64,000 nt of DNA, taken from assembly GCA_009845425.1 (NCBI GenBank), contig VXZQ01000014.1, forward strand, positions 207,783 to 271,782, in the 5' to 3' direction. Positions 18,554 to 28,776 of the stretch are shown here, piece by piece (positions within the stretch are counted from its first letter, which is position 1; each line of letters starts with the position of its first letter). The notes beneath the pieces were generated by a model. It was not told the origin of the DNA. It worked only from the letters and a program-made list of their open reading frames with translations, and did no database searches. The translations under genes and the position numbers were made by a program. Source of the stretch: Holophagales bacterium. GTDB taxonomy: Bacteria; Acidobacteriota; Thermoanaerobaculia; Multivoradales; Multivoraceae.

Positions 18554-19447
18554 CTAGCGGCCGGGGGCCAGCTTCGCCAGGGCGTCGAGGTCCGCTCCCG
18601 GCTTGCCGTCGGGGCGGAACGCCTGGATGCAGACGTGGTCGGCGCCGGCGTCCCAGTGGGCCTGGATGCGCTTGCGGATCAGGTCTTCCGTGCCCCAGGC
18701 GACCAGGGCGTCGACCAAGCGGTCGCTGGCCTGGAACTCCTGCCAGTCATCCTCGGTGTAGCCCAGCTCGAGCAGGCTGTTCTGGTAGTTCGGGGCCCGC
18801 AGGTAGACGTAGAGGTTGGCGCGGCCGATCTTGCGAGCCGCCTCGGCGTCCGTGGTCAGGATCACCTTCTGCTCGGGACAGAGGAGCGGCCCGTCGCCCA
18901 TGATCCGGCGCGCCCTTCGCGTGTGCTCGGGCGTCACCAGGTAGGGATGGGCGCCGTCGGCGCCGGTGGCGGCGAGCTTCAGCATCAGCGGTCGGAGCGC
19001 GGCGATCACGATCGGCGCTTCCTGCGCAGGTTCGGGTCCGCGGTAGAACGCCTTGCCGACCGCCTCCAGGTACTCGCGCATCTTCGGCACCGGCGGCTTG
19101 TACTCGTGCCCGCGCAGGTTGGTGACCAGGTGCGGGTGGGAGACGCCGAGGCCGAGGACGAAGCGGCCTGGCAGCATCTCGGACAGCGTCTTGTGGACCG
19201 CCTTCGTCGTCATCGCGTCGCGGGCGTAGATGTTCGCGATGCCGGTGGCGTGGGTGATGCGTTCCGTGCGGGCGCCGAGGTAGGCGACCAGAGCGAACGG
19301 GTCGCGGCCGATCGCCTCCGGCGTCCACAGCGCGCCGTAGCCCTGGGCCTCGATACTGGCGGCGAACTCGGCCGCCTGGGGCGCGGAGAGGCCGTCGAGG
19401 CCGGCCCAGACTCCCAGCCGGCCGAGGTTGTGTGCCGATTCCGTCAT
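18554..19447 (-). CDS. LLM-class (luciferase-like) F420-dependent oxidoreductase
   Basis: LGVWAG...GYGALWTPE...FVLGLGVSH pattern of TIGR03620-type LLM proteins. Confidence 0.75.
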   Translation of the reverse strand: MTESAHNLGRLGVWAGLDGLSAPQAAEFAASIEAQGYGALWTPEAIGRDPFALVAYLGARTERITHATGIANIYARDAMTTKAVHKTLSEMLPGRFVLGLGVSHPHLVTNLRGHEYKPPVPKMREYLEAVGKAFYRGPEPAQEAPIVIAALRPLMLKLAATGADGAHPYLVTPEHTRRARRIMGDGPLLCPEQKVILTTDAEAARKIGRANLYVYLRAPNYQNSLLELGYTEDDWQEFQASDRLVDALVAWGTEDLIRKRIQAHWDAGADHVCIQAFRPDGKPGADLDALAKLAPGR

Positions 19448-19537
19448 CTTCGCCTGACTCCTCCGTCGCTGAACCGAGCGCAGACCGTATCAGGGGCATG
19501 CTGGGGTGAGGGCCTCCGGTGCTAACGTCCCGGCGCG

Positions 19538-20236
19538 ATGACAACCGCCGAAACCAGGCGCGCCTGGGCCTGGGAGCATTGGTTTGGCTTGACGGGGCTG
19601 GCCGCGCTGATCGCGGGCGTCTACCTCGGGCTGTTCGTGGCGCCCACCGAGCGCTTCATGGGCGAGGTCTACCGCATCCTCTACGTCCACGTGCCGCTGC
19701 AGTGGAACGCGCTGCTCTGTTTCTTCGGCGCCGGCTTCGTGGGCGCGGCTTCGCTGTGGAAGCGCAAGGCCTGGATCGACGGCATGCTGGTCGGCGTGAT
19801 CGAGGTCGGCGTGGTGCTGGAGACGGCCGGGCTGCTCTCCGGCATCGTCTGGGCCAAGCCGACCTGGGGCGTCTACTGGGCCTGGGATCCGCGGCTGACC
19901 TTCACCTTCGTCATGTGGCTGACCTTCCTGGGCGTACTGGCGCTCCGCCGCTTCGCCGAAGAGCACCGGCGCGCGCCGTGGACGGCGGCGGCGAGCATCG
20001 TCGCCTCGGTCAATGCGCCCCTCGTCTACTACTCCGTCAACTGGTGGCGGAGCATCCACCAGATGCAATCGTCGCCGGAGACGGTGCACACGACGATGAT
20101 CCTTCCGCTCAGGATCAACGCGATCGCGCTCTTCCTCGTTTGCGTCTGGTTCGTGGCGCGGCGCGCCCGGATCTCCCTGGCGCGTCGCCAGGCCGAGGCG
20201 ACCGCGCCGCCGCCCCGCATTCTCACCGTGGGCTGA
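19538..20236 (+). CDS. ccmC: Cytochrome c-type biogenesis heme exporter CcmC
   Basis: Tryptophan-rich WWD motif WGVYWAWDPRLT plus conserved His in TM2 (YVHVPLQW) and in the C-terminal loop. 232 aa. Confidence 0.8.
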   Translation: MTTAETRRAWAWEHWFGLTGLAALIAGVYLGLFVAPTERFMGEVYRILYVHVPLQWNALLCFFGAGFVGAASLWKRKAWIDGMLVGVIEVGVVLETAGLLSGIVWAKPTWGVYWAWDPRLTFTFVMWLTFLGVLALRRFAEEHRRAPWTAAASIVASVNAPLVYYSVNWWRSIHQMQSSPETVHTTMILPLRINAIALFLVCVWFVARRARISLARRQAEATAPPPRILTVG

Positions 20237-20250
20237 TCAGGAGACCTGCC

Positions 20251-21030
20251 ATGGCCGAGCCGAACTACGAACAGATCCTGGTCGAGGACCGGGGCCGTAC
20301 CCGCATCCTCACCCTGAACCGGCCGGACAAGCTGAACGCCTGGACCCGGCAGATGAACTTCGAGCTGGTGGACGCGATCGAAGCCGCCAACGAGAACCCG
20401 GAACTCGCGGCCATCGTCGTCACCGGTGCCGGACGTGGGTTCTGTGCCGGCGCCGACATCGGAGCCCAGTTCAAGGCCCGGCTCGACGGCGGCGAGGCCG
20501 GGGCGGAGGCCGACCGCAGGCCGACGCGCCCCTGGGTGGAACTGGTGCGGGAGTCGAAGCCGATGATCGCCGCGATCAACGGCGTTGCCGTTGGTGTCGG
20601 CATCACGCTCGCTCTGCCCTTCGACGTCATCGTGCTCTCGGAACGCGCCCGCGTCGGCATGTTCTTCGTACGGATGGGGCTGGTGCCGGAACTCTGTTCC
20701 TCCCACTTCCTGGTGCAGCGCGTCGGCTGGGCGAAGGCGAGCGAGATGTGCCTGACCGGACGTCTCTACGACGCCTCGGAACTCGAGGCGATGGGTTTCG
20801 CGAACGCCGTCGTGCCGCACGACGATACGCTGGAGCGGGCGCTCGAACTCGCCTCCCGGATCGGCGAGAACGCCGACAGTTCGCTTCGCGCCGTCAAGCG
20901 GTTGCTGACGAAGAACGGCTCATCGCACGACCTGGACGAAGTCCACCGCCGCGAAATGGAAGAACTGAACGCGGCCTACGCGAGCGACGCTCACCGCGAA
21001 GCAGTCGCCGCCTTCATGGCGAAGCGTTAA
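20251..21030 (+). CDS. Enoyl-CoA hydratase/isomerase (crotonase) family
   Basis: Crotonase fold motifs (VVTGAGRGFCAGADI; AAINGVAVGVG). AGGAG Shine-Dalgarno before ATG 20251. The longer N-extended ORF in the track is rejected. Confidence 0.85.
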   Translation: MAEPNYEQILVEDRGRTRILTLNRPDKLNAWTRQMNFELVDAIEAANENPELAAIVVTGAGRGFCAGADIGAQFKARLDGGEAGAEADRRPTRPWVELVRESKPMIAAINGVAVGVGITLALPFDVIVLSERARVGMFFVRMGLVPELCSSHFLVQRVGWAKASEMCLTGRLYDASELEAMGFANAVVPHDDTLERALELASRIGENADSSLRAVKRLLTKNGSSHDLDEVHRREMEELNAAYASDAHREAVAAFMAKR

Positions 21031-21709
21031 CCGTCAGCCGACACAGCAGCGTGTTCTGTGTCTCAAGGTCGGCCGACCAGATCAGGCGCGCGTCGTTCCC
21101 CCAGTCGATCGCGTCGTAGCCGCCTTTCGGCCTGACCGCCGCCGAGCTGTGCTCGACGGCTGACGGCCAGTCGCTGTCGTCGAAGCCAGGCTCGCGCCAG
21201 CCCTCGGGCTCGGCCGTCGCGGTGAACTGGCAGGGACCGACGCCGGGCTCGGGGTCGGCCTCGTCTTCGCAGGCGCGGTCGAGCGGCGCCTCGTGGACCA
21301 CCAGGCATCGCCAGGCCGAGTCGGTCACGGCGACCGGCTCCCCCGTGGCGGCGTCCGTGAACTGGGCGATGAGTCCGCCGTCGCCCATCTGCTGGTTGCC
21401 GCGGCCGATGTACTCCAGGCCCGTGTCGTTCTCCTTGAAGTCCCTGGCGACGAAGTTCAGTTGCAGCGGATAGTCCGCGTTGAAGACGAAGGCCTCGGCG
21501 TTGAACGACCGCTCCGTCGTGATCGGCACGGAGTCCTCGACGATCAGGCGGTCGCCCAGGTAGAAGGCGAACCAGTTGTCGGCCCAGACCTCGCCCTTGA
21601 TGGACGAGGTTCCCGGACCGTCGACGACCGCGACGTCGGGCGTGGCGCCGGCGCCGCCGCAACCAGCCAGAACGGCGACCAGAATCGTGAAACTGAGGGC
21701 GTTCTTCAT
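21014..21709 (-). CDS. Hypothetical lipoprotein
   Basis: Lipobox LAGC after MKNALSFTILVAV. Convergent 17-bp overlap with the crotonase gene. Confidence 0.55.
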   Translation of the reverse strand: MKNALSFTILVAVLAGCGGAGATPDVAVVDGPGTSSIKGEVWADNWFAFYLGDRLIVEDSVPITTERSFNAEAFVFNADYPLQLNFVARDFKENDTGLEYIGRGNQQMGDGGLIAQFTDAATGEPVAVTDSAWRCLVVHEAPLDRACEDEADPEPGVGPCQFTATAEPEGWREPGFDDSDWPSAVEHSSAAVRPKGGYDAIDWGNDARLIWSADLETQNTLLCRLTVNASP

Positions 21710-21752
21710 ATCTGTCAGGACGCTCCGGCGGGACGGCGTGTTTCGGGAAGCG

Positions 21753-23819
21753 TCAAGGCAGCGCGAACGCCATCAACTCCGGCACGCCGTCCGTATCGCG
21801 CCTGCCGGCGACCGTCAGCGCGATGTACTGCTTGCCTTCCCAGAGGTAGGTCATCGGCGTGCCGAGCCCGCGCGCCGGCAGCGGCACCTCGGCGATCACG
21901 TCGCCCGTCCGCTTGTCCCGGGCGACGAGGCGGTTGCCGCCATCGTCGTCCGGCGCGTGCTGGCCGTGGATCAGCAGGGTCTTCGTCAGCAGCGGTCCGG
22001 TGTAGGTGTCGCCGCCGAGCGGGGGAAGGTCGAGGTCCTTCAGTCGAGGGTGGTTGCGCAGCGTGTCGTTGGTGCCGAGCGGCTTCATCCACACGTGCTC
22101 GCCGGTGAAGAGGTCGATCGCGGTCATCCGCGTGTACGGGGGCTTGAACAGGGGCAGACCTTCCGGCATCGCGGGACGCCGGCCGCGGCCGCCGTGGGTG
22201 TAGCGGAGGGTGCCGCCTTCTAGCGGGTCGGGCGTGTAGAACGTGACCATGCTGAACGCGTTCCGCGACGGCACGTAGAGCCAGCCGGTCTCCGGATCGA
22301 CCGCGGCGCCGTACCAGTTCGCGCCACCTCCGGCTGACGGACGGAAGATCGTGCCCCGCTTGCCGCCGGGTTCGGGCAGGGACGGCGGCGTGTAGAGCGG
22401 CCCGATCCGGTAGTCCTTGATGACGTCGAGAGCCATCTGTCTGATCTCGGGCGTGAAGTCGGCCAGGTCGTCTTCAGTCACGCCCTGGTACTCGAACGGC
22501 GCTGGCTTCGTCGGGAAGGGCTGGGTGGGAGCCGCCGTGTCGCCGGGCATTGTCGCCGGGGGCACCGGCCGATCCTCGATCTCCCAGACCGGGTCGCCCG
22601 TGACGCGGTCGAAGACGTAGAGGAAACCCTGTTTGCTGACCTGGGCGACGATCTGTCGGGAGTCGGCGCCGTCGCGGCCCGGGAGGTCGATCAGGGTCGG
22701 TGCGGCCGGGAAATCGTAGTCCCAGAGGCCGTGGCGGACGGCCTGGAAGTGCCAGAGCTTCTCTCCCGTCTCGACATCGACGGCGACCAGGCTTTCGGAG
22801 TAGAGGTTGTCGCCGGGCCGGTGGCCGCCGTAGAAGTCGTTCGTGGCGGTGCCGATCGGCAGGTAGACGATGCCGTTCTCGTTGTCACCCGAGAGCATGG
22901 TCCAGACGTTCGCGTTGCCCGAGTACCGCCAGGACTCGTCCTCCCAGGTCTCGACGCCCTCGTCGCCCTCCTGGGGCACGGTGCGGAACACCCACCGAAG
23001 CTCGCCGGTGCGCGCGTCCCAGCCGCGCACCCAACCGGGTATCGACTCCCTGGTGATCCGGCGGTCGGCGATCGAGGCGCCGGTGACGACGACGTCCCGG
23101 ACCACAACCGGCGGCGACTGCATCGAGTAGAGCAGGGCGTTCAGGTAGTCCCGCTCGCCGCGGTTCGCGCGCGGCAGGTCTTCCATCAGGTCCACCCGGC
23201 CGCCGTCTCCGAAGTCCTCGTTCGGGCGGCCGGTACGGGCATCGACCGAGAGCAAGTAGCCGTCGCCAGTGCCCCAGTAGACGCGACTGTCCGCGTCGTC
23301 GCCTTCCTCTCCGTTCGTCCAGTACGCGACGCCGCGCTGGTTCCAGACCACGGTCATCGTCGTCGTGCCGCTTTCGTAGCTCTTCGGGTTGTACGCCCAG
23401 ACCGTCCGGCCGGTGCCGGGGTCGACCGCGGCACCGATCGAGATCGGCGTGTTCAGGAACAGCAGTCCCTCCTGCATCAGCGGCGTCGCCTTCAGGTTGC
23501 GGATGAAGGGAGCGCGGCCGGCGCGCCAGAGCAGCGGATCGTCGTCCTTCAGCCGGCTGAAGATGACGTCGCGGTCGGCGTACCACTCGCCGCCCGCCTC
23601 GGACTTGCTGAGGAAACCGTCGACCGACCGCCAGCGCCAGGCGACCTCGAGTTCGCCGAAGTTCGTGGCGTCGATCTGATCGAGCGGCGAGTACTTGGTC
23701 GACCCTGTGTCACCGCCGTAGCTCGGCCACTCGCCGGCCGGGGCGCCGCGCTGGGCGGCGGCCGGGGCGGCGAGCAGCAGGGCGACCAGGCCGCCGGCGG
23801 CAATCGTCGTTCTGGGCAT
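21753..23819 (-). CDS. PQQ-dependent dehydrogenase (quinoprotein alcohol/glucose dehydrogenase family), secreted
   Basis: Signal peptide, then GEWPSYGGDTGSTKYSPLDQI...LEVAWRW... PQQ beta-propeller repeats. Start at MPRTTIAAG (23819). Confidence 0.85.
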   Translation of the reverse strand: MPRTTIAAGGLVALLLAAPAAAQRGAPAGEWPSYGGDTGSTKYSPLDQIDATNFGELEVAWRWRSVDGFLSKSEAGGEWYADRDVIFSRLKDDDPLLWRAGRAPFIRNLKATPLMQEGLLFLNTPISIGAAVDPGTGRTVWAYNPKSYESGTTTMTVVWNQRGVAYWTNGEEGDDADSRVYWGTGDGYLLSVDARTGRPNEDFGDGGRVDLMEDLPRANRGERDYLNALLYSMQSPPVVVRDVVVTGASIADRRITRESIPGWVRGWDARTGELRWVFRTVPQEGDEGVETWEDESWRYSGNANVWTMLSGDNENGIVYLPIGTATNDFYGGHRPGDNLYSESLVAVDVETGEKLWHFQAVRHGLWDYDFPAAPTLIDLPGRDGADSRQIVAQVSKQGFLYVFDRVTGDPVWEIEDRPVPPATMPGDTAAPTQPFPTKPAPFEYQGVTEDDLADFTPEIRQMALDVIKDYRIGPLYTPPSLPEPGGKRGTIFRPSAGGGANWYGAAVDPETGWLYVPSRNAFSMVTFYTPDPLEGGTLRYTHGGRGRRPAMPEGLPLFKPPYTRMTAIDLFTGEHVWMKPLGTNDTLRNHPRLKDLDLPPLGGDTYTGPLLTKTLLIHGQHAPDDDGGNRLVARDKRTGDVIAEVPLPARGLGTPMTYLWEGKQYIALTVAGRRDTDGVPELMAFALP

Positions 23820-23926
23820 GTCGGCCGCCAATCGTACCGATACGACACCCACTGGGTGCGCTGGCGTCTTCGCCGGCATCCGCCGGAGGCGGAATCCGGC
23901 TCTCCGCCCGGCGGCTATGCTCCCGC

Positions 23927-25162
23927 GTGGCGATGGGGACGTCGAAGCAGCTACGCGTAGGCATCGTCGGTGCCGGCTTCCTGGCCGAAACCAGGGCCAG
24001 ATGCTGGAGGCAGGTCGTCTCGGCGAGCGTCGGCGGCGTCGCGTCACGCCGCCGCGAGCGTGCCGAGGACTACGCGCGACGTTTCGACGTCCCGGCCGTC
24101 TTCGACGACCTCGACGCCATGCTCGCGGATCCTCTGATCGACGTCGTCGATCTCTGCGTCCCCAACCGCCTGCACCGGGAGATGACCGAAGCGGCGGCCG
24201 CGGCCGGCAAGCACGTCATCTGCACCAAGCCCCTGACCGCCTACACCGGCCAGGATCTGCCGGAGGACGCGAGCGACGCCGACGTTGCCGCTCGCGACCG
24301 TCGCGAGATGCTGCAAGCCGCCGAAGCGGACGCGCGTGCCATGGTCGATGCGGCGAAACGGGCCGGCGTGCAGCTTCTCTACGGCGAGAACTGGATCCAC
24401 GCGCCGGCCTTCCGCCGCGCTCTCGGGCTGCTGGAGAAGGCGAATGCGGTTCTGCTCGAGATGCGGGGCGGGGAGTGCCACAGCGGCTCGCACTCTCCCT
24501 ACTCGCGGGTCTGGCGTCACACCGGCGGCGGCGCCCTGATCCGGCTTGCCGCCCATCCGGTCGGCGCCATGCTCCACCTGAAGCGAGTGGAAGGGCTACG
24601 GCGGTCGCGCAAGCCCGTACGACCCGCCTGGGTCAGCGCGGAGACCGCGGATCTGAGCGCCGTCGCCGGCGTCTCCGCGGACGAACTGCGCATCGCCGGG
24701 GAATGGGGTGAGGTCGAGAACTGGGGCTGCGCGGTGATCGGCTTCGACGACGGCTCACGCGCCGTCGCCTGGGGAGGGGATCACGTCCTCGGTGGAATGG
24801 AAAGCGGCCTCGATCTGTTTGCCAGCAACTGTCGGCTGCGGCTCAGCCTGAGCCCGAACGACATGCTCCGTGCGTACGCGCCGGACGGGAGTGTCTTCGA
24901 CGACGCCTACATCATGGAGAAGATCGACTCCGGCGCCGGCTGGACGACGCCGATGCCGGACGAGGACTGGACATCGGGCCAACTCGGCATGTGCCAGGCG
25001 TTTACCGCCAACCTGCTGGACGGCGTGGCCGCCGAGTCGGACGGCGAACTGGGCCTGGAGGTAGTGAAGGTGCTGTACGCCGCGTACGTGGCGTCGGCAG
25101 AAGGACAACGGGTCGACATATCAGGAGATTCAAGGGAGGACATGGATGAGAAACGGACTTAG
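23927..25162 (+). CDS. Gfo/Idh/MocA family NAD(P)-dependent oxidoreductase
   Basis: Rossmann N-terminus LRVGIVGAGFLAE and family-typical C-terminal domain. Confidence 0.8.
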   Translation: MAMGTSKQLRVGIVGAGFLAETRARCWRQVVSASVGGVASRRRERAEDYARRFDVPAVFDDLDAMLADPLIDVVDLCVPNRLHREMTEAAAAAGKHVICTKPLTAYTGQDLPEDASDADVAARDRREMLQAAEADARAMVDAAKRAGVQLLYGENWIHAPAFRRALGLLEKANAVLLEMRGGECHSGSHSPYSRVWRHTGGGALIRLAAHPVGAMLHLKRVEGLRRSRKPVRPAWVSAETADLSAVAGVSADELRIAGEWGEVENWGCAVIGFDDGSRAVAWGGDHVLGGMESGLDLFASNCRLRLSLSPNDMLRAYAPDGSVFDDAYIMEKIDSGAGWTTPMPDEDWTSGQLGMCQAFTANLLDGVAAESDGELGLEVVKVLYAAYVASAEGQRVDISGDSREDMDEKRT

Positions 25163-25757
25163 GGTCAAGACGCTGGCGTGCCTGCTGTTCCTTTCCCTGG
25201 GCGCGGTTTCGCTGGCCGCCGCCGAAGAGGTCATCGGTAAGAACCCCGGCGAGTTCAAGGGGCGGTGGCTCAAGGTGTACGACCGGGAAGCTCTCGGGAC
25301 GTTCGATGTGGTCGCGATCGGCGAAACCGTCACGGACATTGCTTGGAAGAAGGCTTCGAACGAGGCGCCTTTGCAGGAACGCGAGCTCGATGCGCAGTTG
25401 CGCGAACAGCTGTTCCGCCGACTGGACAAGTCGGGGCTGTACAGCCGGGTTCTGGCCGAGACCAGGTCCAGCCTGGAGGACGACTACCTCAGGATCGACT
25501 GCACGTTGGACGTGGAGCCGGGCAGCCGGATGCTCCGCTACGCGGCCGGTGGTGGAGCGGGGAAGTCCCGATCGGTCCTGGAGTGCGAGTTCATCGACAA
25601 CTCGGACGGCAGAGTCCTGGCGATGTACCACGGCTACGGTTCGGGCACCGGCATGGGCTTCAAGATCGGTGGCGGCGGCGCCGCCAAGATGACGAAGGAC
25701 GACAATCAGGAGAACGCCGCGAAGCTCGCTGAGCTTCTGAAGCGGGTTCTGAAGTAG
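25146..25757 (+). CDS. Hypothetical secreted protein
   Basis: Signal peptide (LACLLFLSLGAVSLAAA). GGGAGGA Shine-Dalgarno 6 nt upstream. 17-nt overlap with the upstream gene. Confidence 0.55.
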   Translation: MRNGLRVKTLACLLFLSLGAVSLAAAEEVIGKNPGEFKGRWLKVYDREALGTFDVVAIGETVTDIAWKKASNEAPLQERELDAQLREQLFRRLDKSGLYSRVLAETRSSLEDDYLRIDCTLDVEPGSRMLRYAAGGGAGKSRSVLECEFIDNSDGRVLAMYHGYGSGTGMGFKIGGGGAAKMTKDDNQENAAKLAELLKRVLK

Positions 25758-25765
25758 CGCTTCCA

Positions 25766-26680
25766 ATGAAAAGAGAAAGTCTGAACAAGTTGTGGTGGTC
25801 AGGCTGCTTCCTGACTCTGGGGGTGCTCGTCGCGGGAACGGCCGGCGCGCAGAGCGGCCCGTACATCGGGCTGGAGCTGGGAGTCGGCAACGGGGCCTCC
25901 ATGGTCCTGGATGGAACCGACAACGACGTCGCGACCACGTGCGACGGCTGGATCGTGCCGATCGACGGCACGAACGCGGGCTGCGATCCGCCGGCGTCGG
26001 CGTGGTCTTCGGACCTCGGCGGCGGCTCCGGGATGATGGGCGGCCTCGCGGTCGGCTATCGCTTCGGCAACCTCCGCGCGGAAATCGAGTACACCCACTC
26101 AGCTCTGAGCTACGACGCAGTCGCCGATCTGGCGGCGACCGACGACGTGACGGTGGACAAGGCCCAGCAGGAGCTTGAGATCGCGGAAACCAGGATCGAA
26201 ACCGTGCAGTACGAGAGCTTCTTCGCCAATGCCTATTGGGACTTCGTTCCGGGCGCCCGAGTCTCCCCTTACGTGGGCCTTGGCATCGGCACGGCGGACG
26301 CTTCGATCGACTACTTCAACCGATGGAAGCGCAACGGCGATCCGGCGGCGATCACCACGTTCGCCGGCCATCCGGACGAGGAGAGTCTGCGACGGATCGT
26401 CGCGGGGACGACGACCATCGCGAACACCAAGCTCCAGGACAGCGTTTCCGCCTACCAGTTGCTCGCGGGCGTCGACTTCTCACTAAGCGACTCGGTGACG
26501 CTCGGCATCAAGGGGCGCCTGGTCGAGTACGGCGACTTCGAGACGGGCCGCCTGCCCTGGGACCAGCTTCGAAGCCACCACTCGAGCCGAAGCCCCGGAG
26601 GAGCCGACGTCACCTATGTGATGTCGAGCGATGACCTGAGCATGTGGGCGGTCAGCTTCGGGATGAAGTACCGCTTCTAG
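25766..26680 (+). CDS. Outer-membrane beta-barrel protein
   Basis: Signal peptide, alternating amphipathic strands, C-terminal ...GMKYRF ending in aromatic Phe. Confidence 0.65.
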   Translation: MKRESLNKLWWSGCFLTLGVLVAGTAGAQSGPYIGLELGVGNGASMVLDGTDNDVATTCDGWIVPIDGTNAGCDPPASAWSSDLGGGSGMMGGLAVGYRFGNLRAEIEYTHSALSYDAVADLAATDDVTVDKAQQELEIAETRIETVQYESFFANAYWDFVPGARVSPYVGLGIGTADASIDYFNRWKRNGDPAAITTFAGHPDEESLRRIVAGTTTIANTKLQDSVSAYQLLAGVDFSLSDSVTLGIKGRLVEYGDFETGRLPWDQLRSHHSSRSPGGADVTYVMSSDDLSMWAVSFGMKYRF

Positions 26681-26732
26681 CCTGAGCTGAGACGTTTGAC
26701 CGCAAGCGAGGCGCCGGACTAGGTTACGCAGC

Positions 26733-28754
26733 TTGGCCGGCCTGACCAGAGGACTCCACGATCGCCCGGAGTCGTCTCCAACTCCGCCGCCGAAGGTCAT
26801 CGACCTGATGATCGACGCGGCCGTCCGCAATCTGCTGGGCCAGTGCCGGGATGACGGTCACTGGTGCGCGGAGCTCGAGGGCGACACGATTCTGGAGTCG
26901 GAGTACGTGCTGCTGCTCCACTTCCTGGGGCGCGGCGACGACCCGCGCGTCGCGGCGTGCTGCGGGCGGTTGCGCAGTCAACAGCAGCAGGGCGGCGGCT
27001 GGGCCATCTACCCGGACGGCCCGACCGACCCGAGCGTCTCGGTCAAGGCCTACCTGTGCCTGAAACTCGCCGGCGACGATCCTCAATCGCCGCGGATGGC
27101 CGATGCGCGCCGGGCGATCCTGCGGGCGGGCGGACTGCGCGCGTGCAACTCGTACACGAGGCTCTACCTGTCGATCTTCGGGCTGTGGACCTGGCGGCGG
27201 TCGCCCGCGGTGCCTCCGGAACTCATCCTGCTGCCGCGCTGGTTCTACTTCAACCTCCACGAGATGTCCTCCTGGACCCGGACGATCGTGGTGCCGCTGT
27301 CGGTGATCTGGGCCCTCAGGCCGAGCGTGCCGCTCGATGTGACGCTGGACGAACTTCAGGGGGATTCCAGGCCCGGACGCAAACGGACGACCGTCTACGA
27401 GTCGTTCTGGTCCTTCGTGTTCGCAGCCGTCAACGGCCTGATCAAGCTGGTGGAGGTCGTGGGCCCCGTACCCGGGTGGCGGCGCCCCGCCCTGAAGAAG
27501 GCGGAGGAGTGGCTGATTGCCCACGTCGAAGGCTCCGACGGTCTGGGTGCGATCTTCCCGGCGATGCTCAACACGGTCATCGCGCTTCGCTGCCTCGGCT
27601 ACGAGGAGAGTCATCCGCTGGTCCAGGGCCAACTGCGGGAACTCGAGCGGTTGGAGATCGAAGAGGCCGGAGAGATGCGGCTCCAGCCTTGCCTGTCGCC
27701 GGTCTGGGACACGGCGCTGTCGGTGGGCGCCCTGCTCGCGGCGGACATGGAAGGGGGCGAGGCGCCCATCCAGGATGCGCTGGCGTGGCTGCTCGAGCGT
27801 GAGGTCACGGTTCCCGGCGACTGGCGGGAGAAGAGCCTCCAGGAGGCGCCGGGTGGCTGGTGTTTCGAGTACCGGAACGATCTCTACCCCGACTGTGACG
27901 ACACGGCGGAAGTCCTGGTGTTGCTGGCCTCGGTCCGGGGCCGCACCGACGAGCTGGAGGCGCGGAGGCAGGCCGCGACGGCACGCGGGCAGCGCTGGCT
28001 ACTTGGTCTTCAGAACCCGGACGGAGGCTGGGCCTCGTTTGACCGCTGCTGCGACAAGGAGGTCCTGACCCTCATCCCCTTCGCGGACCACAACGCGATG
28101 ATCGATCCGAGCACACCCGACATTACCGCCCGGGTGATCAGCGCCCTGTTGGCTCATGGACACGATCCGCGCGATGAACCGGTCCGACGCGCGACGGACT
28201 ACCTGCTGCGCGAGCAGGAGAGGGATGGGAGCTGGCCGGGGCGCTGGGGCGCGAACGGCATCTACGGCACCTGGCTCGCCCTCTCCGCGCTGGCGCCACT
28301 TGCGGCACGCCCGGGCATCCGCGCAGGGGAACGTCTGAGCCGGGCATGCCGGCGCGGCCGGCGCTGGCTGCTTGCGGTGCAGAACGAGGACGGTGGTTGG
28401 GGGGAGTCGCTTCGCTCCTACGATGATCCCGACTTCAGGGGCCGCGGGCGCAGCACGGCTTCGCAGACCGCCTGGGCGATGATGGGTCTGATCGTGTCGC
28501 TCGAACCGCGGCCCTGGAGCGACGACGCGGCCCGGACCGTGGCGGCGCTGGACCGGGCAGTGGCCTTCCTCCAGGAGCGCCAGCGCGACGACGGTTCGTG
28601 GTACGACCGCGACTGGACCGGCGTAGGCTTCCCCGGCGTGTTCTACCTCCGCTACCACGGCTACGCGCAGTACTTCCCGCTCGAGGCGCTGGCTGCCTAC
28701 AGGCGACTGGCCGTGCCGGAGCCTGACGCGATGCCCGCGAACGGACCCTTCTGA
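26733..28754 (+). CDS. shc: Squalene-hopene cyclase
   Basis: QW repeats and the catalytic DxDDTA motif (YPDCDDTAEV). Collinear with A. acidocaldarius SHC. Start uncertain (TTG 26733 or downstream ATG 26808). Confidence 0.9.
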   Translation: MAGLTRGLHDRPESSPTPPPKVIDLMIDAAVRNLLGQCRDDGHWCAELEGDTILESEYVLLLHFLGRGDDPRVAACCGRLRSQQQQGGGWAIYPDGPTDPSVSVKAYLCLKLAGDDPQSPRMADARRAILRAGGLRACNSYTRLYLSIFGLWTWRRSPAVPPELILLPRWFYFNLHEMSSWTRTIVVPLSVIWALRPSVPLDVTLDELQGDSRPGRKRTTVYESFWSFVFAAVNGLIKLVEVVGPVPGWRRPALKKAEEWLIAHVEGSDGLGAIFPAMLNTVIALRCLGYEESHPLVQGQLRELERLEIEEAGEMRLQPCLSPVWDTALSVGALLAADMEGGEAPIQDALAWLLEREVTVPGDWREKSLQEAPGGWCFEYRNDLYPDCDDTAEVLVLLASVRGRTDELEARRQAATARGQRWLLGLQNPDGGWASFDRCCDKEVLTLIPFADHNAMIDPSTPDITARVISALLAHGHDPRDEPVRRATDYLLREQERDGSWPGRWGANGIYGTWLALSALAPLAARPGIRAGERLSRACRRGRRWLLAVQNEDGGWGESLRSYDDPDFRGRGRSTASQTAWAMMGLIVSLEPRPWSDDAARTVAALDRAVAFLQERQRDDGSWYDRDWTGVGFPGVFYLRYHGYAQYFPLEALAAYRRLAVPEPDAMPANGPF

Positions 28755-28776
28755 GAAAGGACCTGAGCCGAGACCC

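Noticed and set aside
19519-21030. 503-aa ORF spanning ccmC and the crotonase gene
   Set aside because: Read-through frame. The crotonase has its own Shine-Dalgarno site and ATG at 20251, and ccmC is encoded in a different frame at 19538-20236.
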